A stretch of 64,000 nt of DNA, from contig CP068257.2 in assembly GCA_009914755.4 (NCBI GenBank), positions 34,592,001 to 34,656,000 on the forward strand, in the 5' to 3' direction. The stretch comes from the human T2T-CHM13v2.0 reference genome, Homo sapiens. This document shows, piece after piece, positions 38,219 to 57,340 of the stretch (position 1 is its first letter; each line of letters opens with the position of its first letter). The position numbers were made by a program, and so were the translations under genes. Below the pieces are notes generated by a model. That model saw only the letters and a program-made list of their open reading frames with translations. It searched no databases and was not told the DNA's origin.

Positions 38219-38970
38219 GTAAATTTTTTTTTTTTCCTGAGTTCAAGGCAATTTTCATGTATTGTTTTGTCTTTGGGCTATGACTGTTTCAAATAAGTAA
38301 CGTATGTATGTAATGTCTGTAACTAATATGCGTATGGAGGTGATGCAAATGTGAATGCAAATATTACATAAGTCACGTACACACGTATGCAAATGCATGT
38401 GTGTTAGCAATGCAAGTGCCTACGCAAATGCATATGCAAATGCATGTATATAATTAACGCAAATGCATAAGTATGTATGTCAGCCATGCAAACATAGTTT
38501 TCTTCCTGCTGGCACTCCCTGTGCCAGCCCTTGGCCCATTGTTCCATCAGTAGCCTGTGAGATAACTTATAAAGCCACTTGTTTGATTTTAGGCTTATAG
38601 TCATCTTTTTCCATGTATTTTTTACTTGCTATCATGGTGTTCATGAAATCTGAGTAGGCAGACATTTTAGCTGTTGGTTATTCTACCCTGTAGAATACCC
38701 TGGGATTAAGTCTTAGAATACATCTAACACTTTGGTTGAATGGTTGAAAAGTTTGTAATTTAGAACATCAGACTCACAGCTGTCTCTGTGAAAGAGAACC
38801 ATGGGTTGAAATGCACAGAGAAGCTTATTGCTCCCAGACCACCACATGTATGAGTTGCTTAGAAGAGAGTCCAACAGCCCAGACCTAATCCCGCTAGCAC
38901 TGCTGCCCTCGTGGGAAGAAAAACCATTCCACAGACACAGCCTGCCTCATGTATTCATTTTAATTTTTAG

Positions 38971-39159
38971 ACCATGGCTGCAGGTGATCCTGCCAACTTG
39001 AGGAATGCCAGAAATGCCATTTTGGAAGAGCTGCCTCGAACTGTTAACACCATGGCCCTTCTCTGGAATGTTCTCAGAAAGGAGGAGACTCAAAAGAGAC
39101 CTGTCGATCTCCTAGGGGCCACGAAGGGATCCTCTTCCGTTTACTTTAAAACCACCAAA
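38971..39159 (+). CDS. DOP1B: coding exon 17 (189 nt); encodes [63 protein letters not shown]
   Basis: acceptor ttttaatttttag|ACCATG; donor ACCAAA|gtaaga; phase 0 in and 0 out. Confidence 0.85.
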
Positions 39160-39413
39160 GTAAGAGGATGTCTCTGTAGTTCTGTCATTTACTTGGTCTT
39201 GTATTGTTCCACCCAAAATAAATGTGTATAGGAAAGTGTGCATGATAAACAGATGTGCTCAATGAAACCCAAGTCAGAGATCAGAAGTAGAAATCTCTAG
39301 TTCATTTGTTATCAGTAAGTTTCCTATACCTGAAATGGAGGAGTCTGAGTGGTTTCAGCCTGTTTTCTTCTTATTTTCCATTCACCTTATTTTGTAGTTA
39401 AAAATAAAGTCTT

Positions 39414-40025
<612 letters not shown>

Positions 40026-41755
40026 ATAGTCTCTAGTGGTTCAAAGCGGGGATACCTAGATCCTCACCTCTAAATGATCTAGAGACCCCAGCCTTGAGTC
40101 TCTAAAGCATTTCTGCGAGACAGCTCATCTCTGTTCTGCTTTTAGCGGTGCCTGTCAAACATGGCCCCATCAGAGTGGAATGTCAGGGTGCCTTTGAGTT
40201 CTTAAACCAAAAACGCACAACTGTGAATATTTATATTATAGTTTAGTCTTCTTTGGTTTTCAGTGTCTGCCTCAGAAGGCTGTAGGCGCAGGACTCGGTC
40301 GCTCACCATCTGTGTTACTGTGTGTGGCATCTCAGAATTATCTGCCACATCTGACATCAGTTGAGAGCCCCCAGGTGCCAGATGGGGCCGCAGGGATAAG
40401 CCTTGCCATCCTGCATTTAGGTACCACGGTGCGTTGTTGGCCTCCAGACATTCTGTCGGTTCCTAGGGTGCCAAGGGAATTCTGTATTTCAAGCTCCTAT
40501 AAGAACCTGCTCTTAAAAAGATTCAGAAAACCTTTTTTCTCACTCAGAAAAAAAGATTTTCTAAAACTTTTTTAGGGGAGCTTCCTGTAGCACTCAGCCT
40601 CTCTGAGCCTCCATTTCCTCGTCTGTTAAACCAGGCTGTGGCTAGCATCCTGTCCTCATGGGTTGAGGGAAAGAGTAATTACGATAAAGGCCGATGCTCA
40701 TTAGGCACTTAACTCCTAGCCCTCCCTGAGGAACCCAGGGCCGGGGAGCGGGACCCCACATTAGTCCCTCTAGAGCAGAAGCCATGGTGGAAAGGAGGGG
40801 ACAGCTCCATTGCTGGCTCAGTTGTATCTAATGTGAAATAAACATGGGCGGTTGTCACAGGAAGCGCTGGGTAAATCCGTCTCTTCGACAGACATTTTGT
40901 GCCTGCTGCCACGCACCAGGCTCTCTTGCTTTACCGGTGGACAAGAGAGATGAAGTCCCTGCCCCTGTGGCAGAGGCAGACATTAACTGGCAGTGTAATA
41001 ACGATGTGAGCAGGGCTTCAAAGAAACACAGGGTTTCCTGAGAGTGTGTGAACAGGAGGCCTGGCCTGACCTGGGGTTCCTGAGGCGGCATGGCTTAGCT
41101 GAGGCCCCAGGCGGAGAGGATTTAACTACGGTGGGCACTGCAGGCTGAGAGAGCGGTAGGATTTACAGAGCGAGAAACGTGGCGGGAACACAGAGAAATT
41201 CATAAGTAGCAAAACAGAGGGTGCTGAGTGACATCAGGACCATGTTACAGGTTTAAATTGATTACCTGATAAAATTAGTTAAATGGTGCTTATTTCTGGA
41301 AATTGAGCAACAACTTTCCTAATGAATATAAGCCCTTCCGCAGCAGATGGAGTCAGGCTGAGGCTGTGGGGTTTCCAGATGGAAGCAGTGCTGCAAAGCC
41401 TTGCCCGGCTTCCTGCAAGACCCCCACTGTGCTCACAGCAGCAAGGGTGATATTCATCGTCTCCCGAGATGCTCCTGGCCAATCGAGCTGGCCATCCGTC
41501 TCTCCACCTTGGCTGCTCACTGCCCCTTCCCCCCGCCGGCATGACACGCCAACATCACACATCTAGCTCCTTGCGGAAAGGGTTTGATTCCTCCCATTGC
41601 TGGGATCCACCCATCAGGGAAGCACCTCAGCACAACATTGGGCACAAACATGACAGGGTCCTTGCTCTCGGTATGGACAGCAGTGGTGGTTCAATGTATA
41701 TGATGCCATAGCCCCAATATTACTCTGCAGTAACTTTTTTTTCCCTATTTTCTAG

Positions 41756-41878
41756 ACCATAAGACAAAAAATTTTAGACTTCTTAAACCCCTTGACGGCC
41801 CATCTTGGGGTTCAGTTGACAGCGGCTGTTGCGGCAGTGTGGAGCAGAAAGAAAGCCCAGCGTCACAGTAAGATGAAG
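41756..41878 (+). CDS. DOP1B: coding exon 18 (123 nt); encodes [41 protein letters not shown]
   Basis: acceptor tttttttccctattttctag|ACCATA; donor GATGAAG|gtaaag; phase 0 in and 0 out. Confidence 0.8.
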
Positions 41879-42021
41879 GTAAAGTTTAAAAAGTTACAGG
41901 AGTGGTTAAACTTACTGTGACAAAGAAATACCACAGAATCATGTGGAATCAAAGGTGACATTGGAAGCCAGCATGGGAAACTATTGAGTTGATTTAATCA
42001 TTTTATCTTATTTTATTTCTT

Positions 42022-42313
<292 letters not shown>

Positions 42314-42514
42314 CGATTTCATCATTTGAAATGCATGAGATAATATAGCTGTGTCTCAGTACAAGTAGAATGTGTATTGGGCAGGTAGGGAAGAGCGCAC
42401 CTGACTTCTGTTTTCTAATTTTTCTGTAATGAGTATATAGTACTTGTGTTTAATCTTTTTAAATCTAAAATACATATAAGAGTATATATAACATGAACAT
42501 TTTTAAAGAATAAA

Positions 42515-42781
<267 letters not shown>

Positions 42782-42905
42782 CTTTACCTAAGAACATGCC
42801 ACCCATTTGGCTTAAGAAATGGTCACTTATCCTAGCACTGTGGGCCTTTTTTTATTTGTAGTACCATCTTATTGCTTTTTTAATGTGTAGAAATCACACT
42901 TGTTA

Positions 42906-43068
42906 GCTGGGCATGGTGGTATGCGCCTATAGTCCTAGTTACTTGGGAGGCTGAGATGGAAGGATCACTTGAAGCCAGGAATATGAAGCTGCAGTGAGCT
43001 ACGATTGTGCCACTGCACTCTAGCCTAGACAACAGAGTGACACTTCATGTAAAAAAAAAAAAAAAAAA
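42906..43068 (+). mobile_element. partial Alu (right arm), sense
   Basis: AGCTGGGCATGGTGGTATGCGCCTATAGTCCTAGTTACTTGGGAGGCTGAG… with A tail. Confidence 0.8.
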
Positions 43069-43144
43069 GGAAATTACATTTGTCCATGATAATAAAGAAA
43101 ATTGAAATCACCAATCATATTTCTATGCCCAAAGATAATTTCTT

Positions 43145-43390
43145 TTTTTTTTTTTCTATTGAGACAGAGCGATCTCAGCTCACTGCAACCTCTGCCTCCT
43201 GAGTTTAAGCAATTCTCCTGCCTCAGCCTCCTGAGCAGCTGGGATTACAGGTGCATGCCACCACACTCAGCTAATTTTTGTAATTTTAGTAAAGACGGTT
43301 TCACCATGTTGGCCAGGCTGGTCTCAAACTCCTGACCTCGTGATCCGCCTGCCTCGGCCTCCCAAGGTGCTGGGATTACAGGCGTGAGCC
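43145..43390 (-). mobile_element. Alu SINE, antisense, deletion in the head-proximal part
   Basis: Alu consensus match, antisense. Confidence 0.85.
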
Positions 43391-44023
43391 CAAAGATAAT
43401 ATCAGTTTGTATTTTGCCCGTTCTTTATCCACTTGACTGGTCCATGATGAAGTCCTGCAGGGGTCGGCTTACCTTTTTCAACCTCAATCCTCTTCCTTTG
43501 TTCCCTCCCACCCCTGCTCCATCCCCTGCTCGGGATCTGCTGCTGCACCTCCTTGACACTCCCCCAGTGCTCAGCCTTTGTGGCAGACATGGGCGCCTGT
43601 TCTCTGAGGAAGAGTCAGTGGTCAGTGTCCAAGGCCACCCTCCTGAGCGCCTGTCGGCTCCTTCCCTGGTGAGGAACCTGGTGCTAGTTGTTTTTCTTCC
43701 AAATGCCCATGACCAGGGTATGCAGACTTCTGTCATCAAAAATATGCCTCCCATACCAGGGCTTTCCTTCCAAGGCTAGCAAATGGGAGCCTGGTTTATC
43801 TGTTTTTACTTCCTGTCTTCGTATTTTTGATTCCATCTCTTGTTTCCTTCAAATTTAGTATATTTGTTTCTAAAATGCTTTCTACTAAATTCAAACATAC
43901 CACTATTACAGCCCCATCATGGCCTGCACCTTTTATTCCTAATTTGTATCAAATTATGTTGTTCCCCTGGGTGGAGCCTTTACCTAGTTCAATAGGAAAT
44001 GTTTGTTTAAGAGATTAAAACAG

Positions 44024-44250
44024 GCCGGGCGCGGTGGCGGCTCATGCCTGTAATCCCAGCACTTTGGAAGACCGAGGCGGGCAGATCACCTGAGGTCGGG
44101 AGTTTGAGACCAGCCTAGCCAACATGGCGAAACCTCATCTCTACTAAAAATACAAAACTTAGCTGGGCGTGGTGGTGGCCAAGATCGCACCACTGCACTC
44201 CAGCCTGGGTGACAGAGTGAGACCGTGTTTCAAAAAAAAAAAAAAAGAGA
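44024..44250 (+). mobile_element. Alu SINE, sense, internal deletion
   Basis: GGCCGGGCGCGGTGGCGGCTCATGCCTGTAATCCCAGCACTTTGGAAGACCGAGGCGGGCAGATCACCTGAGGTCGGGAGTTTGAGACC… with A tail. Confidence 0.85.
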
Positions 44251-44365
44251 TGAAAACAGATTGATTTCTCCAGGGACGACTACTGTAGAATACAATAAGG
44301 ATGTGTCATCCTTATTTTTACTTTCTCTCTATAAGCTTTCAAGGAACTTTTTTTTTTCTTGGCAG

Positions 44366-44503
44366 ATTATCCCAACGGCAAGTGCATCCCAGCTAACCCT
44401 TGTCGACTTGGTGTGTGCACTCAGCACCCTGCAGACTGACACGCTGCTGCACCTGGTGAAGGAGGTGGTGAAGAGGCCACCCCAAGTCAAAGGGGGTGAT
44501 GAG
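44366..44503 (+). CDS. DOP1B: coding exon 19 (138 nt); encodes [46 protein letters not shown]
   Basis: acceptor ttttttttcttggcag|ATTATC; donor GATGAG|gtgagg (strong); phase 0 in and 0 out. Confidence 0.85.
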
Positions 44504-45542
44504 GTGAGGAGCCTGGGGAAGCCTCTGGGCTTCTGCAGATTAGTGGGTGGCATTTGTCATAACTCTACTTCCTTATAAATCGTGTTTGGGAGGGAAGGAT
44601 AGGTAACAAGAGCTAGTGGGAATGCTTGGGGTAGTGAAGTGGAGGTGCTGTTTGCTGTGCTTTGGGGGAGACCTATGAAGATCTGGTGCTTCTTTTTTAA
44701 GTTGGGAACTGCCTGAGGTCAGGGGCTCTCATTCCTTGTACCCTGCTGCTGAGGACACTGCCTGGTACATGGGTTAGCGCCTTCTGGGCACCAAGTGGAA
44801 TAAAATCTTTAGAAAGAGGAAATGGCACCTGCCTCAAGGAGCTCGCAGCCATAAAGATGCCAAAGATAAACAAAACCAGACTCTAGTGAAAGATGGTAAA
44901 GACAGATGTGATTCAATAACCACTGCGGTAAGGGAAAGTGTTGGGTTCAGTTTAGATTTGTGTGGAGATGACTGGGAAAGGATGAGGGAGGAGGGAGGGG
45001 GAAGGAGCAGGAAGTTTAAGGAGAGTTGGAGAAGTAGAAAATTACAAAAGAGCAGGTGGGGAGGCTGCTCAGTCCATAGATGTGATTAGGCCATCTGGGT
45101 TTGCTAACTGGGGCTTATCCAAATGAGGCTCCTACCCTCCCACAGAGGCTGGGAGATCGAGACTCTGTCTTTCTTGATGATTCTGTTTCAAAGGGATGGC
45201 TCCCAGGTCCTTGAGAAACACATTCCTAGGTTGTGGGAGACACATACACATCTCAAAGGGACAGAGAAAGTATTTATCATTGTAAACTTAAAAGAAAATG
45301 CTCTAAGAAAGGGAGGTCAGGGGTCTCTCTGCAGGTGTTGGCAGGAACAAACAGTAAATTATTTGGCAACCTTGAGCTTTCTCGGACAAGTGTTTGAAGA
45401 GGACTGGTGTCCCCATCCTAGGGATCCATGCTAGTGTTGTTTGGGGCTGTGGGGGTGGACAGAATCATTTGTCAAGCAGAGGGCTCAGAGGAGCCTAGCT
45501 AGAATCAGCTCAAGGAGAGAGTCTTTGTCAAGGGCAAATTAA

Positions 45543-46033
<491 letters not shown>

Positions 46034-46059
46034 AAAATTTGCATAATTTTTTTTAAAAC

Positions 46060-46337
46060 TTTTTTTTTTTTAAGACAGGATCTCACTGTCACCCAGGCTG
46101 CAGTGCAGTGGCACAATCACAGCTCACCATAGCCTCGACCTCCCCAGGCTCAAATGATCTTCCCAAATAGCTGAGACCACACATGCACACCACCACACCT
46201 GGCTAATTTTTATATTTTTTGTAGTGACGGGGTTTGCCACATTGCCCAGGCTGGTCTGGAACTCCTAGGCTCAAGCAATCCTCCTGCCTCGGCCTCCCAA
46301 AGTGCTGGGATTACGGGCGAGAGCCACCATGCCTGGC
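46060..46337 (-). mobile_element. Alu SINE, antisense (older, diverged)
   Basis: Alu consensus match, antisense. Confidence 0.85.
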
Positions 46338-46794
46338 TGCATAATTTTTTATAAAGGTAGAAAATAAATGTCAGAGAACATAACTAATGATAGACACTCT
46401 GAGAAAGAGGAGATTTCATCTGGCTGCTGTGAAACAGAAACCTTCAGGGTGATGTCATTGAACCGAGAAGTTCCTTGTAATTTTTCTGCTCAATTTCATT
46501 ACAGCAGCCTGGAGGGCCCATGTTGTCTAGAGAGCTTCTTCAATTATACACGGTGGATTTAAAACAGGGCAAGCTGTGTGGTTTAATATTTGCATTCCCT
46601 TAGAGTCTTCTATTTCTGTTTTTACCAAAGCAGTCTTCATCATTGAAAGCAGCAGAGCTGTTTTGCTCTTAATTAACTAATTTAATAAAAACCAGGGATT
46701 TATTTCAATCTTGAAATAATTGCCTTCTGTCGAACAGTTTAAAATCATACAGTTAGCAAAAATTTAAGAATAATCTAAATGAAAATTAGGGGGG

Positions 46795-47395
<601 letters not shown>

Positions 47396-47399
47396 ACTC

Positions 47400-47935
47400 A
47401 ACAACATAACAATCAACACAGAAGACTTCTCTTACCCCAAATATGCGGGGAGTTCTCCCCACCAGCAAGCAAGCAATTGATTCCGCAGTGGACACCAGTT
47501 GGGTGTCCTCCAATTCAATTCCTACTCTATCTGCTTGGAGATAGTGTCAGATCCCACAGGGTGAGGGCTCAGTCCCCAAGAGCACCCTTCACTTCAGACA
47601 CCAGTCACAAGTCTGGGCCTCTGGAACTTCTGACTGACTAGCTTCAAGTTGGGATTCCCACGAACCCCCTCTTTGGGTTCAGTTAATTTGTCAGAGCAGC
47701 TCCCAGAACTCCAGAAACACGTTTACTGGTTTATTATAAAGGCTACTACTGAGGATACAAATGAAGGGATGCGTAGGGCAAGGTATGGGGGAAGAGGTGC
47801 AGAGCTCCTGTGCCCTCCGTGGGCACAGAACCTTCATGTGCTCTGCTCTCTGGAAGCTCACCAAACCCAGTCCTCTTGGGCCTTTTATGGAAACTTCATT
47901 GGATGGGTATGACTAAAGCATGGACAACCGTGTCG
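47400..47935 (+). mobile_element. MaLR-type LTR (MLT1-like) copy A
   Basis: shares …CCACCAGCAAGCAAGCAATTGATTCCGCAGTGGACAC…GGGTGAGGGCTCAGTCCCCAAGAGCACCC…TTTATTATAAAGGCTACTACTGAGGATACAAATGAAGGGATG…GGGGAAGAGGTGCAGAGCTCCTGTGCCCTC… with the copy at 56380-57340; family assignment from memory. Confidence 0.55.
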
Positions 47936-48195
47936 AAGTGTGATTGGACAAAAAGAGTGTGATCTAATACTTAATACAGTGACTGGGGAAACCTAGCAGG
48001 GCCTGCCTGTTCAGATTCTTCTTGGCCTGTCTGCACAGCACTGCTTCCTCCAGGGTGTGGGACAGGACCCTCTCCAGAATGAGGGTCTTATGAACCGTAG
48101 TCAGATTAGAGTCCTGCCTTGGGGCAGGTCAAAGGAGGGCAGGAGTTATGAACCAAGAACTGCAGACAAACACGTAAAAAAATAGGTTGATACGT

Positions 48196-48203
48196 AGATA
48201 GAT

Positions 48204-48249
<46 letters not shown>

Positions 48250-48700
48250 AGTAGTTAGGTAAATAGATAGATGTAGGTAGGTAGGTAGGTAGATGTAGGT
48301 AGGTAGGTAGAGAGATGGATGTAGGTAGGTAGGTAGGTAGATAGATGTAGGTAGGTAGGTAGATGTAGGTAGGTAGGTAGAGAGATGTAGGTAGGTAGGT
48401 AGGTAGATGTAGGTAGGTATGTAGATAGATGTAGGTAGGTAGGTAGATGTAGATAGGTAGGTAGGTAGAGAGATAGATGTAGGTAGATGTAGTTAGGTAG
48501 GTAGGTAGATGTAGGTAGGTAGATAGATGTAGGTACGTAGGTAGATAGGGAGATAGATGTAGGTAGGTAGGTAGATGTAGGTAGGTAGGTAGATAGGTAG
48601 AGAGATAGATGTAGTTAGATGTAGGTAGGTAGATAGATGTAGGTAGGTAGGTAGATGTAGGTAGATAGATAGATAGATGTAGGTAGGTAGATAGATATTA
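48196..48700. repeat. compound tetranucleotide microsatellite/minisatellite, about 500 bp: (GATA)n then variable (TAGG)n, (TAGA)n and GATGTAGGTAGGTAGGTAGA units
   Basis: seen directly: gatagatagatagatagata…gtaggtaggtaggtagatgtaggtaggtagagagatg… repeated across 8+ lines. Confidence 0.95.
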
Positions 48701-48708
48701 TGATTTTA

Positions 48709-49014
<306 letters not shown>

Positions 49015-49446
49015 TCAGACAATGTGCCGACCATTGTAACAAAGTTTGAGGGTGGCACATATCACGCATGTGCGTGAACACCCAATCATCACACTAATGA
49101 ACTGCAGATGAATCGGAAGACTTTTTTTTCAGCCATTTTTTTCAGCCTCACATATGACACGGGGCAGCCCCCTATAGAAATGTCCAGGCCCCGAGGGCCT
49201 GGCCGTTGGGCGTCACCCAGTCAGTTATCCTCCAGCTCCTGGTCTCTTCCTTCGTTCCAGTGTTAATCGACAATGCTCCATGTGCACTGAGTGGTGTCGT
49301 GGAGGCTAAATAGTGGAAAAAGCAATTCCTGCCCTCAGTCCTCCTATATTCTAGGTTGGCAAAGAAGAGAGAAGAGAAGAGAAGCCATCCTAAAAAATAA
49401 CAGCACTGCGAGGCCAGGTTATGGAGCGAGCTCAGTCAGTGCTTAA

Positions 49447-50177
<731 letters not shown>

Positions 50178-50604
50178 TAGGAGTGGGAATGGTGCTCCAC
50201 AGGGCGGTCTGTGCTGCTGCAGGCTTGGTCGCCGTAGAACCAAGGGGTTCTTCGAGGTCCTGAAGACAGCTCTGCAGAGGCTATGACAGCCAGAGCGAGT
50301 GTGTTTAGGTTGTATTCCTTCACATTACTTGAATTTCTACAAATACCTGCAATTTCTAGTCTTTCCTGGGCTATAAAGGAACCGGATTTTATCTAGCTGA
50401 CTGATTTTTGGCGGTTCAAATAACAAAACTACATTTTGTGGTTAGTTTAGTTAATTAATAGCTGCAAATAGCTTTTTACAAGCAAGGAGGGGGTAAAATA
50501 TGTGTTTTAGAACTTGTTTCCAAGTAGTTCCAGCCACAGGGTTTTTGGGGAAGCTGTCTGAGCTGGGCTTGGAGTCATCTTCTAAACTAAGAACTAGAAT
50601 TTTT

Positions 50605-50875
<271 letters not shown>

Positions 50876-51247
50876 AATTTTTTCTTGCCTCTTGGTAATC
50901 ATATGCATTCACTGGAGTCAACACTGGCCCTAGCTTTCTGTTTGGGAAGTTCGGTTACAGTGCCAATTTTCCCGAAATGCCTGTTGACGCCTGGAATGTA
51001 AAGTAGGTGCACAGGGTGGGAGATCACTGTAGAAGTCTAAGGGGATGTGAATGATTTGGGGACTCATAGGACACACTTGTTTTAATTGTACATGATGGGC
51101 ACTATCATGTCTGTTGTTATATCTGAAAGATTCTTTAGTCAAAAACCTTTGCTTTGTTAGGCTATAGATCTGTTTCATTTTGTATCTGAATTCTTTTAGC
51201 CTTATTTCCCACCAACTCGGAGTAATTGGTTTTACTTTCATTTTCAG

Positions 51248-51303
51248 AAATCGCCCCTAGTGGACATTCCTGTGTTGCAGTTTTGCTATGCTTTTCTCCA
51301 AAG
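51248..51303 (+). CDS. DOP1B: coding micro-exon 20 (56 nt); encodes [18 protein letters not shown](R)
   Basis: acceptor ttttactttcattttcag|AAATCG; donor CCAAAG|gtaata; phase 0 in and 2 out, matching exon 21. Confidence 0.7.
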
Positions 51304-51654
51304 GTAATACAGTCCCCCGTCCTCCAAAAACTTCCTTAAATACAGATGCTATTGCAGTGAGCATGCATAATAAATATCTGGTTTTATTTCTAGACTACTA
51401 GAGAGCCATTGTTCAGAAAATATCTTAAAGTTGTCATAATTTCTTCCCAAGGTATTGATCTATGCTTTTCCTTCTCCAGAGAGTTAACATCTTAAAATCT
51501 GTGCAGCGTACTTTGAACACTTTATATGAGCGAAGCTTTATGTGAGGCCTGTTAAACTTTAAAAGGCTTGGATTTGCATTAAATTGATACAGAAAAAGAA
51601 AAAAACCACATATAGGGAAGTGTTAAAGACCTCTTTTAGAAAAAGGAGAAATGG

Positions 51655-51957
<303 letters not shown>

Positions 51958-52196
51958 GCAAAATGATTGTTTCTGGTGGCGTTCTCAGTGTGCCTTCCCA
52001 TGTTTTATGTGGAGAGGTATCTGCTTTGATTTGCTAAGTTAATATATGTATTAGGTGTCTCAGCTAAGAGAGCATTAAAGGGGATTCCGCAGGTTTTTCC
52101 CCATGGATGAAAAAGAAGCTTTACTGGACCTCATTCAGATCTTACAATGGCCGCATCCCAGGTGCAGCTCTGTGTTGCAGAAAATGAGGGTGAGGT

Positions 52197-52495
<299 letters not shown>

Positions 52496-53180
52496 AATGG
52501 GGGTGGGGAGGGTATAGACCACTTCTCAGGGAAGCCTCACTATGCCTACATAGCCATCAGGAGTCTCACTGTAAATAACTCCAACAACCAGGCACAGGCT
52601 CCTTGATTCACACAGTTAACATTACATAGTTATTCCCACTCACCACATTCTGAAGTTGCAGGACGGTAAATTGAGGCCTCCTGGTAGATGACCAGGGTGG
52701 GGTTAAATTCAGACCACTTCCCTTGTGAGCATCATTGTTGTTCTTTCCTCCAGGAGTTAAAGATGAGCCGGTCACTTCCCTCCTATGACAGCGAATATAT
52801 ATTGCGTTGCTGGCGAATGTTGAGTGTAGTGGCCTGAGGGACAGCTGAGCTTTCCCAGGAGCTGCAGGTTAGATTTGGTCATCCTCCTTTTGCAGAGGAG
52901 AAACCGCCTAGGTCACACAATAGGTAGTAAGTTGGAGAACCAGGACTTGGACCTGGGACACTCTGACTGTAGTCTGAGCTTTCACTGCCTGGACTGTGCT
53001 TCCTCGCTTTGGAGCGGTGATCTCAGAATCCTCATCCTGAGAGCTACAGAGCGGGGTAGGCCAGTTTCCTGGTGAGTGTCCTGGGACCTAATGCTTTGCA
53101 GCCTTCTGACAGGTGATGCTGTGTTACCAGCCACTTCAGGGAAGCAGAATATTAGCACTAGAAAGGCCTGAGAGATCAGC

Positions 53181-53853
<673 letters not shown>

Positions 53854-54118
53854 CTAATTTAAGGCTTTTATTTTAGAGACAAAGAAACCAGGAGTATCTC
53901 ACCTGCCAGCAGTAGGATTTCAGGTTCCCAAACTCCAAGTGTTTGCCAGAATACCAAAGTTTAGCTCATGTACATTGTAAGTTTTTAAAAAGAAAAAGGT
54001 CAGTGAGGTATGCTGTTTACCCTTTGCTTTCCAACTGCCAGGATCTTAAATATGCTTATAAATAAATGTATTTTGACTTGTTCGTGGTTGAGTATTTTTC
54101 CTATCTTTTAAAAAAACA

Positions 54119-54224
54119 GGCTCCCAGTACCAGCCTTGCAAGAGAACTTTTCTTCACTGTTGGGAGTATTGAAAGAGTCTGTACAGTTGAATCTAGCCCC
54201 ACCTGGGTATTTTCTGCTTCTCAG
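54119..54224 (+). CDS. DOP1B: coding exon 21; encodes (R)[34 protein letters not shown](R)
   Basis: acceptor tcttttaaaaaaacag|GCTCCC; donor CTTCTCAG|gtatca; phase 2 in and 2 out; coordinates may be off by 1 nt. Confidence 0.75.
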
Positions 54225-54321
54225 GTATCATGTCACCACATTGTCATTGTGTAATATTTTCTCTTGGCACATATTTTATTTCTGCAGCATTTTTAATCTG
54301 AAGCTGATTGTCTCCCAACAG

Positions 54322-54388
54322 CATGCTGAATGACTTTGTAACAAGAACTCCCAACCTGGAAAACAAGAAGGACCAAAAAGACCTGCAG
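54322..54388 (+). CDS. DOP1B: coding exon 22 (67 nt); encodes (S)[22 protein letters not shown]
   Basis: acceptor attgtctcccaacag|CATGCT, chosen because the upstream tttctgcag acceptor would read into a TGA; donor CCTGCAG|gtttgt; phase 2 in and 0 out; the intron before it is only about 97 nt. Confidence 0.7.
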
Positions 54389-54717
54389 GTTTGTATATGA
54401 AAGAGGTTCAGCCAAATGATATTACCCCAGCAGTGCTGTCCTCCTTTGGGGGATATCAGATAGCAGGTAGACAAGAGACATTGGACAGAATCTGAGGTTA
54501 GCTTTGCACTTGTTCTCAAGTCTTACTTCTGCCATCACTGTCTCTAGAGAGTTCGGACAGTCCCGGGGCCCGGGTTTTCTGATGAAGGTTCTTGTGTAAT
54601 GCTTGAGCAATCGATTGTGGAATTGACAGCTGCACCCCTCACCCTCCACACTGTATGCAGATGTTTGTGGATCTCACTGTAAAACATAAATGGAATAAGA
54701 AATCTTATTTCCCCCCA

Positions 54718-54995
54718 GACGCGGTGGCGCATACTTGTAATCCCAGTACTTTGGGAGGCTGAGGCGGGCAGATTGCTTAAGCTCAGGAGTTTGAGACCAA
54801 TCTGGGTAACATAGTGAGACCTCATCTCTACAAAAGTACAAAAATTAGCCTAGTGTGATAGCTACACCTATAGTCCCAGCTACTTGGGAGGCTAAGGATC
54901 CCTTGAGCCTGGGAGGTTGAGGCTGTAGTGAGCTGTGATCACACCACTGCACTTCAGCCTGGCAACAGAGAGAGATCCTGTCTCAAAAAAATTTT
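54718..54995 (+). mobile_element. Alu SINE, sense
   Basis: Alu consensus match. Confidence 0.85.
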
Positions 54996-54999
54996 TTAA

Positions 55000-55348
<349 letters not shown>

Positions 55349-55593
55349 CATACATGGATTTCTTTCCTTAAACGCCTTATCCCCCATTATAACAGTAATA
55401 TATGCTCATAACAATTTGTTTAATACTGAAAAATAAAACTCATCATAGGAGAAGGAAAACTCAGAGTGGAATGCCAACTAATAAATACGGAAGTTATGAT
55501 GAAGTTGGAAAAATCACTGTTTTGCAAACCATTATAGACATTGATTCAGTTGGCTTTTCTATCACATTTATAGCCTTGGCGATACTACTGCTA

Positions 55594-56117
<524 letters not shown>

Positions 56118-56379
56118 CTAAGCCCTCCCTGCTTTCGTGGCCTGTTGCCTGTAGCAGGCCCCTCTGTCTTCAGCCAGCCTGGACAGGGCTCTGGCCACAG
56201 GCATTCCCTCCGTTGTTGCAGCTGGCATGCCTCTTCTCTGCTCCTTTTGGTTGCAGGGACCAGGTGGCATCTGCTTCTTTCTGTCTCATGACACCTGGCC
56301 TCCCCGCCACTAATTCCTTCCTACTGTTTTGAGCGACACCCTATGCTTCTTCCCCACTGAGGATATAGAAAAAAACAAA

Positions 56380-57340
<961 letters not shown>

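Noticed and set aside
40700-41700. GC-rich unique intronic block with CpGs (…GGCCGGGGAGCGGGACCCCACATTAG… …GGCCCCAGGCGGAGAGGATTTAACTACGGTGGGCACTGCAGGCTGAGAGAGCGGTAGG…), considered as a possible intronic promoter or CpG island or ancient repeat
   Set aside because: CpG density by eye is modest and patchy. I cannot match it to a repeat consensus or show conservation from sequence alone, so it is left unannotated.
48196-48700. Regularly spaced short repeats that could superficially resemble a CRISPR array
   Set aside because: The unit is 4 bp (GATA/TAGG) with no unique spacers. This is eukaryotic DNA with introns and Alus, so it is a microsatellite.
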